From assembly GCF_035084215.1 (NCBI RefSeq), contig NC_090340.1, forward strand, positions 15,004,001-15,068,000: DNA of 64,000 bases, in the 5' to 3' direction. Of this stretch, positions 37,549 to 49,990 are shown piece after piece; positions within the stretch are counted from its first letter, which is position 1; each line of letters begins with the position of its first letter. The notes below the pieces were generated by a model, which was not told the DNA's origin, did not search any database, and worked only from the letters and a program-made list of their open reading frames with translations. This DNA comes from Heptranchias perlo (Eukaryota). The translations under genes were made by a program, and so were the position numbers.

Positions 37549-38322
37549 ATTTTTTTCTATATTCGTTCATGGGATGTGGGCGTCGCTGGCGAGGCCGGCA
37601 TTTATTGCCCATCCCTAATTGCCCTTGAGAAGGTGGTGGTGAGCCGCATTCTTGAACCGCTGCAGTCCGTGTGGTGAAGGTTCTCCCACTGTGCTGTTAG
37701 GAAGGGAGTTCCAGGATTTTGACCCAGCGACGATGAAGGAACGGCGATATATTTCCAAGTCAGGATTGTGTGTGACTTGGAGGGGAACGTGCAGGTGGTG
37801 GTTTTTCGCATGTGCCTGCTGCTCTTGTCCTTCTAGGTGGCAGAGGTCGTGGGTTTGGGAGGCGCTGTCGAATAAGCCTTGGCAAGTTGCTGCAGTGCAT
37901 CCTGTGGATGATACACAATGCAGCCACTGTGCGCCGGTGGTGAAGGGAGTGAATGTTTACGGTGGTGGATGGGGTGCCAATCAAGCGGGCTGCTTTATCT
38001 TGGATGGTGTCGAGCTTCTTGAGTGTTGTTGGAGCTGCACTCATCCAAGCAAGTGGAGAGTGTTCCATCACACTCCTGACTTGTGCCTTGTAGATGGTGG
38101 AAAGGCTTTGGGGAGTCAGGAGGTGAGTCACTCGCCACAGAATACCCAGCCTCTGACCTGCTCTCGTAGCCACAGTATTTATATGGCTGGTCCAGTTAAG
38201 TTTCTGGTCAATGGTGACGCCCAGGATGTTGATGGTGGGGGATTTGGCGATGGTAATGCCATTGAATGTCAAGGGGAGGTGGTTAGACTCTCTCTTGTTG
38301 GAGATGGTCATTGCCTGGCACT
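37549..38322 (-). mobile_element. LINE 3' part (CR1/L2/Crack group)
   Basis: ILGVTIDQKLNWTSHI...YKAQVRSVMEHSPLAW...LDTIQDKAARLIG; T-run tail on +. Confidence 0.9.
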
Positions 38323-38754
38323 TAAGAGGCATCCAGAGGCCGCTGCTAGAAAATGCCGGTCGGATGGCACAGGGGAGCGCTCGACAACGTGATCCCCGTC
38401 CGCACTCGCTCTCTTGACCTATGCGTGAACAGTGGTCACGTGAGCAAAGAACGGCGGGCTGAGAAGGCGGTGCACATCCCAGCAAGAATCCACGCCTTGA
38501 GAAGGGGAGAAACGAGGAGAAACTGGCAAAGTAACCAGACGAAAACAGTTCACTCTGAGAGGCATGTATACCATATTAAATAACTGTCCCATAACACCAA
38601 CCTGGCAAATTTTACAGATGTTAATGCAATAATTAACAAGATCACTCGGAAAGTGGCGACTGCGATACGAATTCTTCAACCATACATATAAACCTTGGAA
38701 AATTGAAGAAACAGGCTGCATTTTACGACCACTGCACGTTCCAAAGAGATTCAC

Positions 38755-39133
38755 GGCCATTGAAGTTCGTTTGAAGTGTAGTCATTGTTATATTGTAGCA
38801 GCAGCAGCAAATTTGGCATAGCAAGTTCCCACAAAGAGCAATGAGAAAAATGACCAAATAATTGGTTTTGGTGAAGTGGATTGAGCAATCAATATTATCC
38901 AGGGCACCGGGGAGAACTTTCCGCTTTTCTTCGAAATAGTGCTATGGGATCTTTTATGTTTACTGGAGATGGCAGATGGGCCTCGGTTTAAGGTCTTGTT
39001 GGAAATTCGGTTCTTCTGACAGTGCAGTACTGCCATGAAGTGTTCGCCTAGACTTGTGCTCAAGTCTCTGGAGTGAGAACTTGAACGCACAACTTCCTGA
39101 CTCAGAGCGAGGAGCTACCATGGAGCCAAGGCT
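38755..39133 (-). mobile_element. tRNA-derived Deu-domain SINE (SacSINE1/AmnSINE-like)
   Basis: Minus-strand head agccttggctccatggtagctcctcgctctgagtcaggaagttgtgcgttcaagttctc has A/B boxes and is followed by the Deu core. Confidence 0.8.
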
Positions 39134-39387
39134 CAAATTTCCTTTCGATGTTCAGATTTTACTATTTGAATTATCCTGTAACAAACTGAATTAAATATGA
39201 AAATTGTTGTGTTAAAAGTATCAGTTTTCCATATTGTCTGCAATTTGGTACCAAAACGTTTTTATCGGCATATTTAAGTTACATAAGAAACAGCTGACGA
39301 AACCTCAATTCTCATCTCCATACCGTCAATCTTATCTGTGTATATGCTTTGAAGGTGATTTCCTGAATTAATAAAGCATTTTCTTAC

Positions 39388-40998
39388 CTTCAATGGAAGT
39401 TACTTTTAAATGGTCCACAATAATATCCGTCAGTCCAAGAATTACCAGAAAACCCATGACAAGCCGACCAATCATGAGGAGCCAAATGATGAAATTGTGA
39501 TCTGAGGTGTCGTTTTAAAACCAAAATATAAAACCGTTGCATATAGAATTATCGAATGGAAGCAACAATAATTTGTTGATACAAAGTAATGGGGTCCATT
39601 AAATGGCTGGTTTAAACTGCACTCCATGGGGGTCGATTTTAACTTGCCGACATCGGGGTTGACAGCGAAATTAGTGGCTCAAAATGGGCTCGGTAAACTA
39701 CCACACCGACCACGGCGTCTTCCACTTTCACAGAGAGCCTATTGCTGGGGGCTAGTGCCTGTTTGTTTCAGGTAGCAGGACCTTCTTCATATCTGAAACG
39801 GATGTGCAAAGGACTCCGATTGCCGTTTTAAGATCGAACTGGTGTGCCCTGCACTCTCTGGCCAGTTTTACTAGAGATAGATATAAAGAGGACTTGAATA
39901 GTTAAGTTTTAAATTATTTTTAAATGCCAGGACGAGTGTCAATATGAGTCTCACAAAAAATAACCTGTGCCGCTGCAACCCGGGCTTCCCAATCCGGGAT
40001 CGCCAGAGCCCGATTTACGTTGCTGGGCACCCGACGGTCTCCGGGCCTCCCTGCGCCCGGCATCGGAACGCCGGATCTGCGTTAACATTCCTGATTTTCA
40101 CTTAAGTTGCCTGGGGTCGACTCCCCACATGGGAGTCTGGTTCTAACTGGCACAGGAGTCCTGCAAATTGTCTCCTTCCGAACTGTAATTTCGACGATTC
40201 CTTAATTTTACTCCAAAATCTGCAGTGAGGGAAACTGTTATATATTCGTCTAAAGAGTCCAAAGCCGTAGTGGTAGCCAGAATAGATATGCTCACCAATC
40301 CACAAGAACCTGAGGAGGGCCGTGTCTCAGTGGATGATGGCCATCCAGGTAATAGTTTACTTACATTTTTGGAGAATGCTTGCAAAAGTTTTTTTTCCCG
40401 TGAGGCTTTGAAGAAAATTCAGGCTCATGAAATTCAGGGGGAGTTGGAAAGTGATAAATGGACAAGGCTCTGTCTGGGGAGCAGTAGAGTTCTACCCGTT
40501 CCATTCTATGCTATCTGGTCTATTGATCAATAAATACAGAGGAATCACTTCTAGTAATAGCCCTAGATTTTCTGATGTCTTCAATGTATGGATAGGTAAG
40601 AAGTAATTTAATAATACCCAAAGCAATCTGGGTCATTTGAGGAAATGCCCCTGAAAGATGCTGGGTGCAGTTCTACACATAACCTGTCCCAATTTTACCT
40701 TGATCAGCGGTGTAGATGATACTGGCGTGCACCAGCAGAGAGACATGAGATACGAGACAAGTATAAACAACCCCTCTCCAGGCAGGCTGCGCTTCTTCCA
40801 TAAAAAAACTGGAAACCTCGTATAGCCCCTCCACTCTCCTGTTTTTCACAGTTTCTCTTCCAGTCAGAATTTCGACGCCACCTCTTCGCCAGGAGATTCC
40901 TAAGTGTTCCGGGCAAAAGGCAGCCTTTTTATGCTCGAGTTTCAGAGAAGTCGGTGAAATCCTTTCAATAGGATCGATTTTCAGGGGGCTTGGGGAAA
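39388..40998 (-). pseudogene. Receptor copy E (inverted): degenerate C1 exon ~40684-40998 and open TM exon 39388-39501
   Basis: C1 relic PSPLKI...AFCPEHLGISW...EGLYEVSS...YTCLVSHVSL lacks the first Cys and has no AG acceptor. TM exon ctcAG|DHNFIIWLLMIGRLVMGFLVILGLTDIIVDHLKVTSIE|GTaaga. No leader or V exon found. Confidence 0.82.
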
Positions 40999-42899
40999 TT
41001 TTGTCAGAAAACATTGTTAGTATTAGTCTCCGTGTATTTATTACTGAAAAATTTGGTAATATCGCAATCTTACCTTAAACTAGAAATGCTTGGGTGCAAA
41101 TTTATCATTTCTGAACATCAAAGTTTGTACATGATCACTACAGTCGAATAGCCTAGTTTCGCGAGACGCATTCACGGGAACGAAACGAAGGGAAAGTGAA
41201 TTTTCTATCGCCGGCGGTTATCAGATTTTAGGTGGTGTACAAATTTGATGATGTCTCTGGGCAATTTCGTAAATACTGGTGTTGTACATAAATATAGTGC
41301 GGTGCCTGAATAAGGCTGGGTTGGAATCTCAATGCAGCACAATTACCAGAAACCGCTTTCTCTGCCTGGGTGAAATCCTCCGACACTGACCCAGTTGGAT
41401 AAACACTGCACGTAGGATTTGGGGAATTCATGAAAATTAGTTTTCCTACCACGCAATATTCTTCCCCGAAATGAAATCCACAAGCTTACATTTTTTTAAA
41501 ACCTGGAGAGAAATTAAAGCATTTCGATATTTTTAAACAAATATGAGTCGACATTCAGCCCAGCAATTACAATAACGCCACAAAATATGGCATAAGTATT
41601 ACGATTGACTACCCTTGATCCAACATAATTGCTCACTCTTGATCTTTGAACCCAGCACAAAAGCTGTGTCTTGGACAACTAAACGGAACGAAATCTATCT
41701 CTTCACTTTCTATTCCAATACCCTCCCTAACCCTTGCGGAATCTGTGGCAATGTTCTATCTTCCCTATATTACAACACGCAGAACCTATTCGCCCAGTGA
41801 AAATATGTAGGTGACTACTTTGACCGCAAGTCAAGACAATTTGGGACACAATTTTGGGTTGGCAGTTCGAAGCGGGTGATATCGAATTGGCATCTCGTTT
41901 TTCATTCCGCTCGATGGACCTCAGTGGAGAAGGAAACCGGGCGGCTTGTAAAACGGACTGGCGATTAATTATTAGTTCCCGCACAAGACGGATTTATATC
42001 CCAATGCCACTTTGCTGTGAACAATGTCAACAGAATTATTCTGGGGAAACACCGTGAAGATTTCACCTCGAGCATTAATCCCAACAAACATATCAATACT
42101 TAGACCCCCGCTCCGGCTATGGCATCAAGCATCGGCCCCCAAAATGTAGAGACCTTTGGAAAACGCCTCAAAATATTAATAAGGGGCGCCATGTTCTGGG
42201 TCCGGGCGTAAATAACTGCCGACTGATGCTTAGTCCAACATAACCATTCAATGCTAGAGCTCATTGAATCTGTGAAGTAACTTCAGCTAAATCAACCTTA
42301 CATCCACAATGCTGGATATTAGAGGCCAATGTTTTGGCCAGTTAACGTCTGTTAATTGAAGTCCAAGATCTATGTTCCAGAAATTTGGGATTCTGTAAAT
42401 TAGACAGTTTCCCTACTTTATAGAAACAATCTGAATTTTGTCTCCATCGTTCGGTGGAGTTGGAATTATATTTATCAACTCTCTAAGTGTTTACTCTGAA
42501 AGGAAAGCTTATGCCACATTTCCAGTTGGTGAATCTGAGCCCATAGGAAGGACATCTTCACTGTGCTCTCTATTTTTTTCTGAAGCATGGCTAATTAAAT
42601 GCCCTCATATCACTTCCTTGAGCGCTTTATGCATGGATGCCCCAAAAACCAAGGAACCATCTTCTACCGTGTGTGTTTATTGATTACTGTCTCCAGCATT
42701 AATATGAAAGTCAAGTCGAACATGAATTCGTGGTTTTTTCTTCACTGTTGAAATGTCTTGTTCTGTGAGGGTGATTGGAGTGTGATGGGAGGCCACTTTT
42801 CCGTCAATACTTGTACCGTGCCATGACCTATTTCCTGTGACAATGAAGCAGGACTAGTAGCTGACCTGAACGTAGTAGTCTCATCCAGTCGGTGACCTG

Positions 42900-43270
42900 A
42901 TAAAAGTCTTTAACATGATGATAGAGATTGAGAGGGTAGACTCGAGAAAATGTTTTCACCTGTGGATGAGTCCAAAACTAGAGGTCATCAATATAAAATA
43001 GTCGCTAATAAATCCAATAGGTAATTCAGGAGGAACTTATTTACCCGAAGAGTGGTAAGAATGTGGAACGCGCTAATACAAGGAATAGTTGAGGCAAATA
43101 GCACAGATGCATTTAAGGGGAAACTAGACAAGCACGTGATGGAGAAAGGAATAGAACGGTATCCTGATAGGTTTAGTTGAAGTAAGGAGGGAAGAGGCTC
43201 GTGTGGAGCATAAACGCTGGCATTGACCATTTGGGCCCAATGGTCTGTTTCTGCGCTGTAGTTTCGTTGT
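42900..43270 (+). mobile_element. Old CR1 3' fragment
   Basis: agagggtagac...actagaggtcat...ttatttacccgaagagtggtaagaatgtggaac, typical of the CR1 ORF2 end. Confidence 0.75.
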
Positions 43271-43504
43271 AATTAGATGTAATTTTTAACAAACCTAATT
43301 TTCATTTTGTAGTTTTTTACCATCAACAGCAGCAATGTTCCGCGTGCTAAATATGTTTCCTAATGACGATTTTAGGCACTGAAGATGGACAAATGCTTTT
43401 ATAAGTTAGATTTAAAGTGTTCTGACATATTTATGATACAATCTCTTCATTGTAACATATTTTCACATTTGAACCGTCTGCCTGGATCAATGATATAAGC
43501 GTGT

Positions 43505-44173
43505 CAGTTACCTACCGGTCCCATTGGACTTCCCCGGGATTCATGGAATTTAGTTCAGCAAATAATTGGAATGTTTACTCAGTTTCCGTGTCCGTGATTT
43601 CAAAGACATTTCTAGTGTCAGTGGAAACCCTTGCATCATTCTCAATATCACAATTATCCGATAGCGTTCGGAAGCCCAGCCCCTGTAACTATCTGCAATC
43701 GAGTGCAGCCATTCCGGACTTCACTCAAACTAGTTCCAGCTCGCAATAGACTGATATTAAATGTGATGACCTACAAATGCAAATTTCAGATACCAACTAC
43801 TCTAAAATGGGCATTTCTGCTTTCAATACACAGATATTCTGACCCATTTATTATATGATTCTGTGAGGATTGCTGCACTTCAAAATGTCTTACTTATTGC
43901 TGTTTGCTGCAATCAGCAATCGCTGTGCCTGTGGCCCCGGACAACGCTGTTTTCAGTTTTCAGTGATACGCCCGTTCTTCTCTCTGTGTTTCACCCTGGA
44001 CCCTTTCGTTTTCACTCTGAAGTGTTGTAAAAGAAGCAACACCAAAGGTAAAATTATGCTTCATCACATATTAAAGCGGCATCGCGTACCGGTGATGATC
44101 CTAATCACTGGAAATGCCGATCTAGAAAATGCACACTCACAAACGCTGATGTAAGAAATCATACCGCCACAAT
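43505..44173 (-). pseudogene. Receptor copy F (inverted): decayed TM exon ~44060-44173, following intron and cytoplasmic exon 1 relic ~43510-43545
   Basis: tcttgcAG|DCGGMISYISVCECAFSRSAFPVIRIITGTRCRFNM* aligns without gaps to the copy B TM exon. The reverse complement of 43510-43630 matches 2650-2780 and 56200-56320 (gaaatgtctttgaaatcac...ggaaactgagtaa...aatgggaccg). Confidence 0.65.
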
Positions 44174-45071
44174 CTGCAAGACATTTTCCGTTATTTCGGG
44201 AGCTATTTCTGGCCCAATAATCTGTCTCACCAGCGTCCAAATCCAGCTCCCGTTGCCTATTCGTGGGTGAACAATCCAAAGTTTGGTGAAATCTGCTTGT
44301 GAATTTTGGGAATAATCCATATCCAAAGATAAAAAGCGATTTCGCAATAAATGCTTGGCTGCCACTCAATTTTCACCATAGTAGCTTTTCGGGAATTTCC
44401 TGCTTAAATCCACCGCACATATTTTGTTTAACTTATTTTGTAGTCCAGTTCTGATTGAATTGTATGGAATCCATGGATCAACACGAGAATCACATTGCTC
44501 TTGCATAGCATCACATCGGGAAATCTATAATTCATAATTTCATCCAGTCTTGCAGATTACGGCACCGTGTAAGACACGCGTTCCATAAAGCATGGTTTAA
44601 TCCTTTGTGGTCAGTTTCTATATTTACTACTTTAAATAATACATTTCCAGTGTCTTGCCGTGGCTTGCTGTCTCTTTATATTCCCTTACGTTTAAGTGAA
44701 AGTATTATTGCTTTTAGTCTGACGATGTGCCCTTTGGAGAAAACGAGACAATGGAGTGGGTATCCTGCATAATCTTCATTGCACCATACTGCATTTGGCG
44801 GGTAATTGTTAACCCCTATGCCCTTGTGGCACAATGACAATGCAGGTTTCTTTTCATATGAGACTTCTTCCTGCTTATGCAACCAACGTTTCTGTAGTGC
44901 CCTAAAGTTACAAGTCTTGAAAGTTCAGTCTGTTACAATCTATTTCCTGAATTGGCAGCCACATGCCCAACGTCACTGCGTCACAATTCGTATTACACAG
45001 TTCGCAACCACCTTTTCATTACCAAAATCATGCACATTGCGGCGAGCGATCGCCTTACTCCTTTGCTCAGA

Positions 45072-45748
45072 ATGTTGACGAGTTTTGTTTTTTCTCCTAG
45101 AGATCATTTACACAGGTACCTACAATTCGATAACCCAGCTGCCTCGATAAACAAAAACACGTGAAATGGTTTCCTCTGAAATACAATGAAATTTAAATGT
45201 CTGCCAATTTTGCTTCTTTCTTTTTTTCATCTCTACGTCGTGTCTATTACAATTAACCAAACTTTGAATGTATTTCCTGATAAACGCTTCTAGTATTTCG
45301 ATCAGTGAATTAACTTCTTGAACAACCAATTACTTTCAGAGTGACACACATCACCTTCGATTGCATATTCTACTCAATATAAATCCAGTGCGATTTAGTT
45401 CATCTTTGCGATTCTTCTTTATCTCTTTCATTTGCAGGTAGAACTGTGCTCTCAAGTGTCTGGTTCTGCGTCCAATGCAATTAGCCAAACTTTGCATGTA
45501 TTTTCTAACATCTGCGGCGCAGATTTTTCGATCTGAGTGGCTCGAATTCCCGAACAGGTGATGGCATTCAGAGGGACACACATTATCTTCGACTGTGTAA
45601 TCTCCTTCTTTCAGGTCAACTCTTGGACAGAAGTGCTTTGGTGGAAACAGGTTGAGAATGATTACCTGCAAAGTGAAACGAATAGCAGAAAATGATTTGG
45701 TTTGAAAATTAAAGGAAGCGGTTTCCTTCAGTTGCTGAACGCGACTTT
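45072..45748 (+). pseudogene. Receptor copy D: frameshifted leader 45072-45115 and truncated V exon ~45512-45748
   Basis: The 44-nt leader ends tttacacag|GT and the acceptor AG has become AT. V reads PEQVMAFRGTHIIFDCVIS...EVLWWKQVENDYLQSETNSRK*FGLKIKGSGFLQLLNAT (TGA at 45693-45695) and is then cut by a CR1. Confidence 0.85.
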
Positions 45749-45749
45749 A

Positions 45750-46172
45750 AGATAAGAACCATAAGAAATAAGAGCAAGAGTGGGATATGCGGCCCCTCGA
45801 GCCTCCTCTTCCATTCAATAAGATCAGGGCTGATCTTCTACCTCAACTCCACTTTCCCACCCGGTACCCATATCCCTCGATTCCATTAGTGTCCAAAAAT
45901 CAATCGATCTCAGTCTTGAATATACTCAAGGACTGAGCATCCACAGCTCTCTGGGGTACCAAATATTCACAACTCTCTGATTGAAGACATTTTCCCTCAT
46001 CTCGGTCCGAAATGGCCGACCCTTTATCTTGAGGCTATGACTACAAGTTCTAGACTCTCCAGCCAGGGGAAACAGCGTCTCAGTATCTACCCTGTCAAGC
46101 CCTTTAAGAATGTTATAAGTTTCAATGAGATCACCTCTCATTCTTCGAAACTCCAGAGATTATAGGCCCATT
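45750..46172 (-). mobile_element. CR1 3' fragment truncating the copy D V exon
   Basis: MRGDLIETYNILKGLDRVD...FNQRVVNIW plus CR1 3' UTR. Confidence 0.9.
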
Positions 46173-48515
46173 TTAAGACGCAGCCAAACTGCCAGATTTT
46201 CAGTTTTTATGTTACATTTCAGTATTCCCTGTTATCTCTCTTGTCTACTGATATCGCTTCAGAGATGCTATATATATCATAGCGGAACTAAAGGAGCCTG
46301 CCTTTGGCTTAGTGGTAGCATACCTACTTGTGAGTCATCAGGTGCACGGTTCAACCTCTACTGCAGACCGCCGTGGCCAGTGGAGACTAGAACTCCAGCT
46401 CTGAGTTCACATCCAACGCGATACAGACTCCCAGTGGGTGAGGGTGGCCAGTGTATAGCTTGTGCCAGCAAATTTCCTGCCGTATAGGGCGAACCATTCT
46501 ATTGGCTGGTATAACGATTGTTATAACCATGAAAGGAACGCCCTGTGAACTTGCAAATCCTTCCCTTATTTCACACTATTCACCAAGGAAAAATATAAAA
46601 ACAACGACCGGAACTAACGTCACGGCAGAAGCATAATTAGTGGCTCCACTTGATTGGAATATTCTAATTTGAACTATAACTGAGCTAAAGTATTGTCAAT
46701 GGAAATAAAATTGGGGAGAGATGTAAAACCGGTTGCCGATTCGCAATCACCCGTTTTACATTATCGCACAAAATCAAAATCTACCCCAATGAGTTAGGAA
46801 ACCGTCCTTTCATGTCTGAGAACCAGTTTTCAATCCCCAATCGATAAAAAAATGGAATCTCATTGTTCTTGCGATTGTTAAATACGTTTTAACAGTTGTA
46901 AGCCTGAATCCAGTGAACTTGAGCCCACAGCAGAAAATTTTCCCTAAATTCTGAATCTCGCTTTGTGAGATAAGACCGGAGGCTATTGTGGAAACTTTTA
47001 TCCTGCTCCAGTCCTCCTCGCAGTTCATTATTAAACGATACTATTCGAACAGCGTAGAGGGATCCCGCAACTAACTTGTACGGCACGACCTATTTTTTCG
47101 AAAGCCGTTTTGTGAATTTCTCATGACCCCTTCCCTTTTCCAGTGATTATAAAGGTCATCTCTTAAAATCCCTTCTAGTGTCTCCCCAAAATGGATGTAA
47201 GGCTTCGATTTGTCCCATTTTTTGAAATTAGGATTGGGTTTGGAACAGCGCGGTAAATAACTCTTCACAACAAACGGAATTACTGGAAATGGTACACGGT
47301 CTAGCACAGCAATGAGTAATTTAAAATATATAACTTTCAGAAAAACATGTGTTACTGAGAGATTACACAATTATATTATTGGACAGTGAGAGTTTCTCTT
47401 TGGATGTGAACCCAATTTTAAAGTTCACAGCTTACAGGGTTATAAGGTCGATTTAATTTTTTTATTATGAATTGTAAAATGTTTCGTCATTTCATCTTGC
47501 ATCATTGTGAGTAGGCAACATGGGTGTCAAGAGGACGTTAGGGCTTCAATTATATTACAAACTATACGCATTGTATTTACGTCGCTGTAGCCCCAGCCAG
47601 CCCAATACAGCGTGTTGTCAGGTATTTAAGTTATCTAATCGACGCATTTATATAATTTTTAAACGAGATCAGCACCATTTACAACTCAGAACTTCTCAAC
47701 GTCAAATGGCGATAAAGATGAAGAGCTCCAAACCAGTCAATAAGAATGTCCATGTACATTTCAACAGAAACTGAAATTGAGACAACTTATCACTCGGGGA
47801 CGATTACATCATGTCATTAACAAGTCAGCTTCCATTCATCGAACGAACTGTTTCTCACACGAAACCGGTGAATAAATTCCTTGAAGTAACTTGTGTTATT
47901 CATGTTAATGAGACAATAAAACTTATGTATAACGACAATTGAAATAGAACAAAATGCAGCTACGCCCATCAAAAGTCCTAGTTTTCTCCCTTCCTCAACT
48001 TGATCAGCCGGTGGCGAGTGGTCCACACTCGGCGCGCACAATCTACGCTCCAAATCAGTATTCCATTTGTAAAAGCCAGTTGAAACTAGCATTTCTATCG
48101 CCCCAAAATGCATAAGCAATTCCAACTGATTCTATCCCCCACTTTTGTTGTAAAATTAGCCTATAATCTGTTAATTAAATATTCCACGATTAAGGAGAGA
48201 AATTAAGGGGGTTATTCAATTCGTCTCAAATGCAACTTTTGGGAATAGAATAGCATATTGGTGTCCTTTAGCTTACACTCTCGCTAAAGCCAATGGAAAC
48301 AAAAATCGGGAGAGATGTAAGACGGGCTGCCGATTCGCTACCGCCCGTTTTACGTTCTCGCATGAAGTCAAAATTACCCTCCTGGTGCGTTACATGCAAG
48401 AAAGAAAGGGCTGAGAAGGCATTTTTGGACAGTGCAGCGCTCACACAGAGCACCGAAGTCGTAGTCTATATTATGTGCTGAAGTCTCTAGACTGGAACTT
48501 GAACCCACAATCTTC

Positions 48516-49990
48516 CAAAATTCTATAAATTCTGGAACGGTTCTGCAGATTGGAGGTTAGCAAATGTAACCCCACTATTTAAAAAAGGAGAGAGAAAACA
48601 GGAAACTACAGACGTGTCAGCCTGACATCAATAGTCGGGAAAATGCTAGAATCTGTTATGAAGGATGTGATAACAGGACACTGAGAAAATAATAATAGCA
48701 TTTGGCAGAGTCAACATGGATTTATACAAGGGAAATCATGTTTGATAAATCTATTGGAGTTCTTTGAGGATGTAACTTTTAGAATAGATAAGGAGGAACC
48801 AATGGATGTGGTGTATTTGGACTTTCAGAAGGCTTTCGATACGTTCCTGCACAGGAGGTTGGTGAACACAGTTCGAGCACATGGAATTGGGCGTAATATA
48901 CTGGCATGGATTGAGACTGGGTTAGCAGACAGAAAACAGAGAGTAGGAATAAACTGGTCTTTTTCAGGTTGGCAGACTGTGTCTAGTGGGGTACCGCAGG
49001 GATCGGTGCTTGGGCCCCAGCTATTTGCAATCTGTATCAATGATTTGGATGAGGGGAACAAATGTAATATTACCAAGTTTGCTGATGACACAAAACTGGT
49101 TGGGAATGTGAGTTGTGAGGAGGATGTAAAGAGGCTTCAAGGGGATATAGACAGGCTAAGTGAGTGGGCAAGAACATGGCAGATGGAATATAATGTGGAA
49201 AATGTGAAGTTATCCACTTTGGTAGGAGAAACAAAAATGCAGAGTATTTTTTAAATGGTAAGATATTGGAAAATGTTGATGTTCAAAGGGACCTGGGTGT
49301 CCCTGGACATGAGTCACTGAAAGCTAACATGCAGGTTCAGCGAGCAATTCGGAAGGCAAATGGTATGTTGGTCATCATTACAAGAGGATTTGAGTACAGG
49401 AATAAAGATGTCGTACTGCAATTATATAGGGCCTTAGTCAGACCGCACCTGGAGTATTGTGTCCAATTTTGGTCTCCTTACCTAAGAAAGGATATACTTG
49501 CCATGCAGGGACCGCAACGAAGGTTCACCAGACTGATTCCTGGGATGGCGGTTTTGTTGTATGAGGAGAGATTGAGTAGACAGGCCTGTATTCTCTAGGG
49601 TTTAGAAGAATGAGAGGTGATCTCATTGAAACATACAAAATTCTTACAGGGCTCAACATGGTCGAAGCAAGGAGAATGTATCCCCTGGCTGGGGAATCTA
49701 GAACCAGTAGTCACAGTCTCAGAATAAAGGGAAGGCCATTTAGGACTGAGATGAGGAGATATTTCTTCACTCAGAGGGTGGTGAACCTTTGGAATTCTCT
49801 ACTCCAGAGGGCTGTGGAGGCTCAATCATTGAGTACATTCAAAACAGAGATCAAATGCATCAAGGGATATGGTGATGGTGCCGGAAAATTGCTTTGAGGT
49901 AGAAGATCAGCCACGATCTTGTTGAATGGCGGAGCAGGATCGAGGGGCTGAACGGCCTACTCCTGCTCCTATTTCGTATGTTCTTATGTT
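48516..49990 (+). mobile_element. CR1 LINE 3' part, inserted into the head of a Deu-SINE (48410-48515 and 49991-50023, -)
   Basis: YLDFQKAFD, GVPQGSVLGPQLF, KFADDTKL, RPHLEYCVQFWSP. The flanks join as gaacccacaatcttc|tgactcggatgcaagagtgctacca. Confidence 0.93.

Noticed and set aside
41368-41382. Short match (cggaggatttcaccc on -) to the copy B C1 exon
   Set aside because: The flanks do not extend the match and no C1 motifs are present, so it is probably chance.
42740-42840. Candidate last exon of copy F on the minus strand
   Set aside because: It has an acceptor-like site but no convincing similarity to the ITIM exon of A, B or C.
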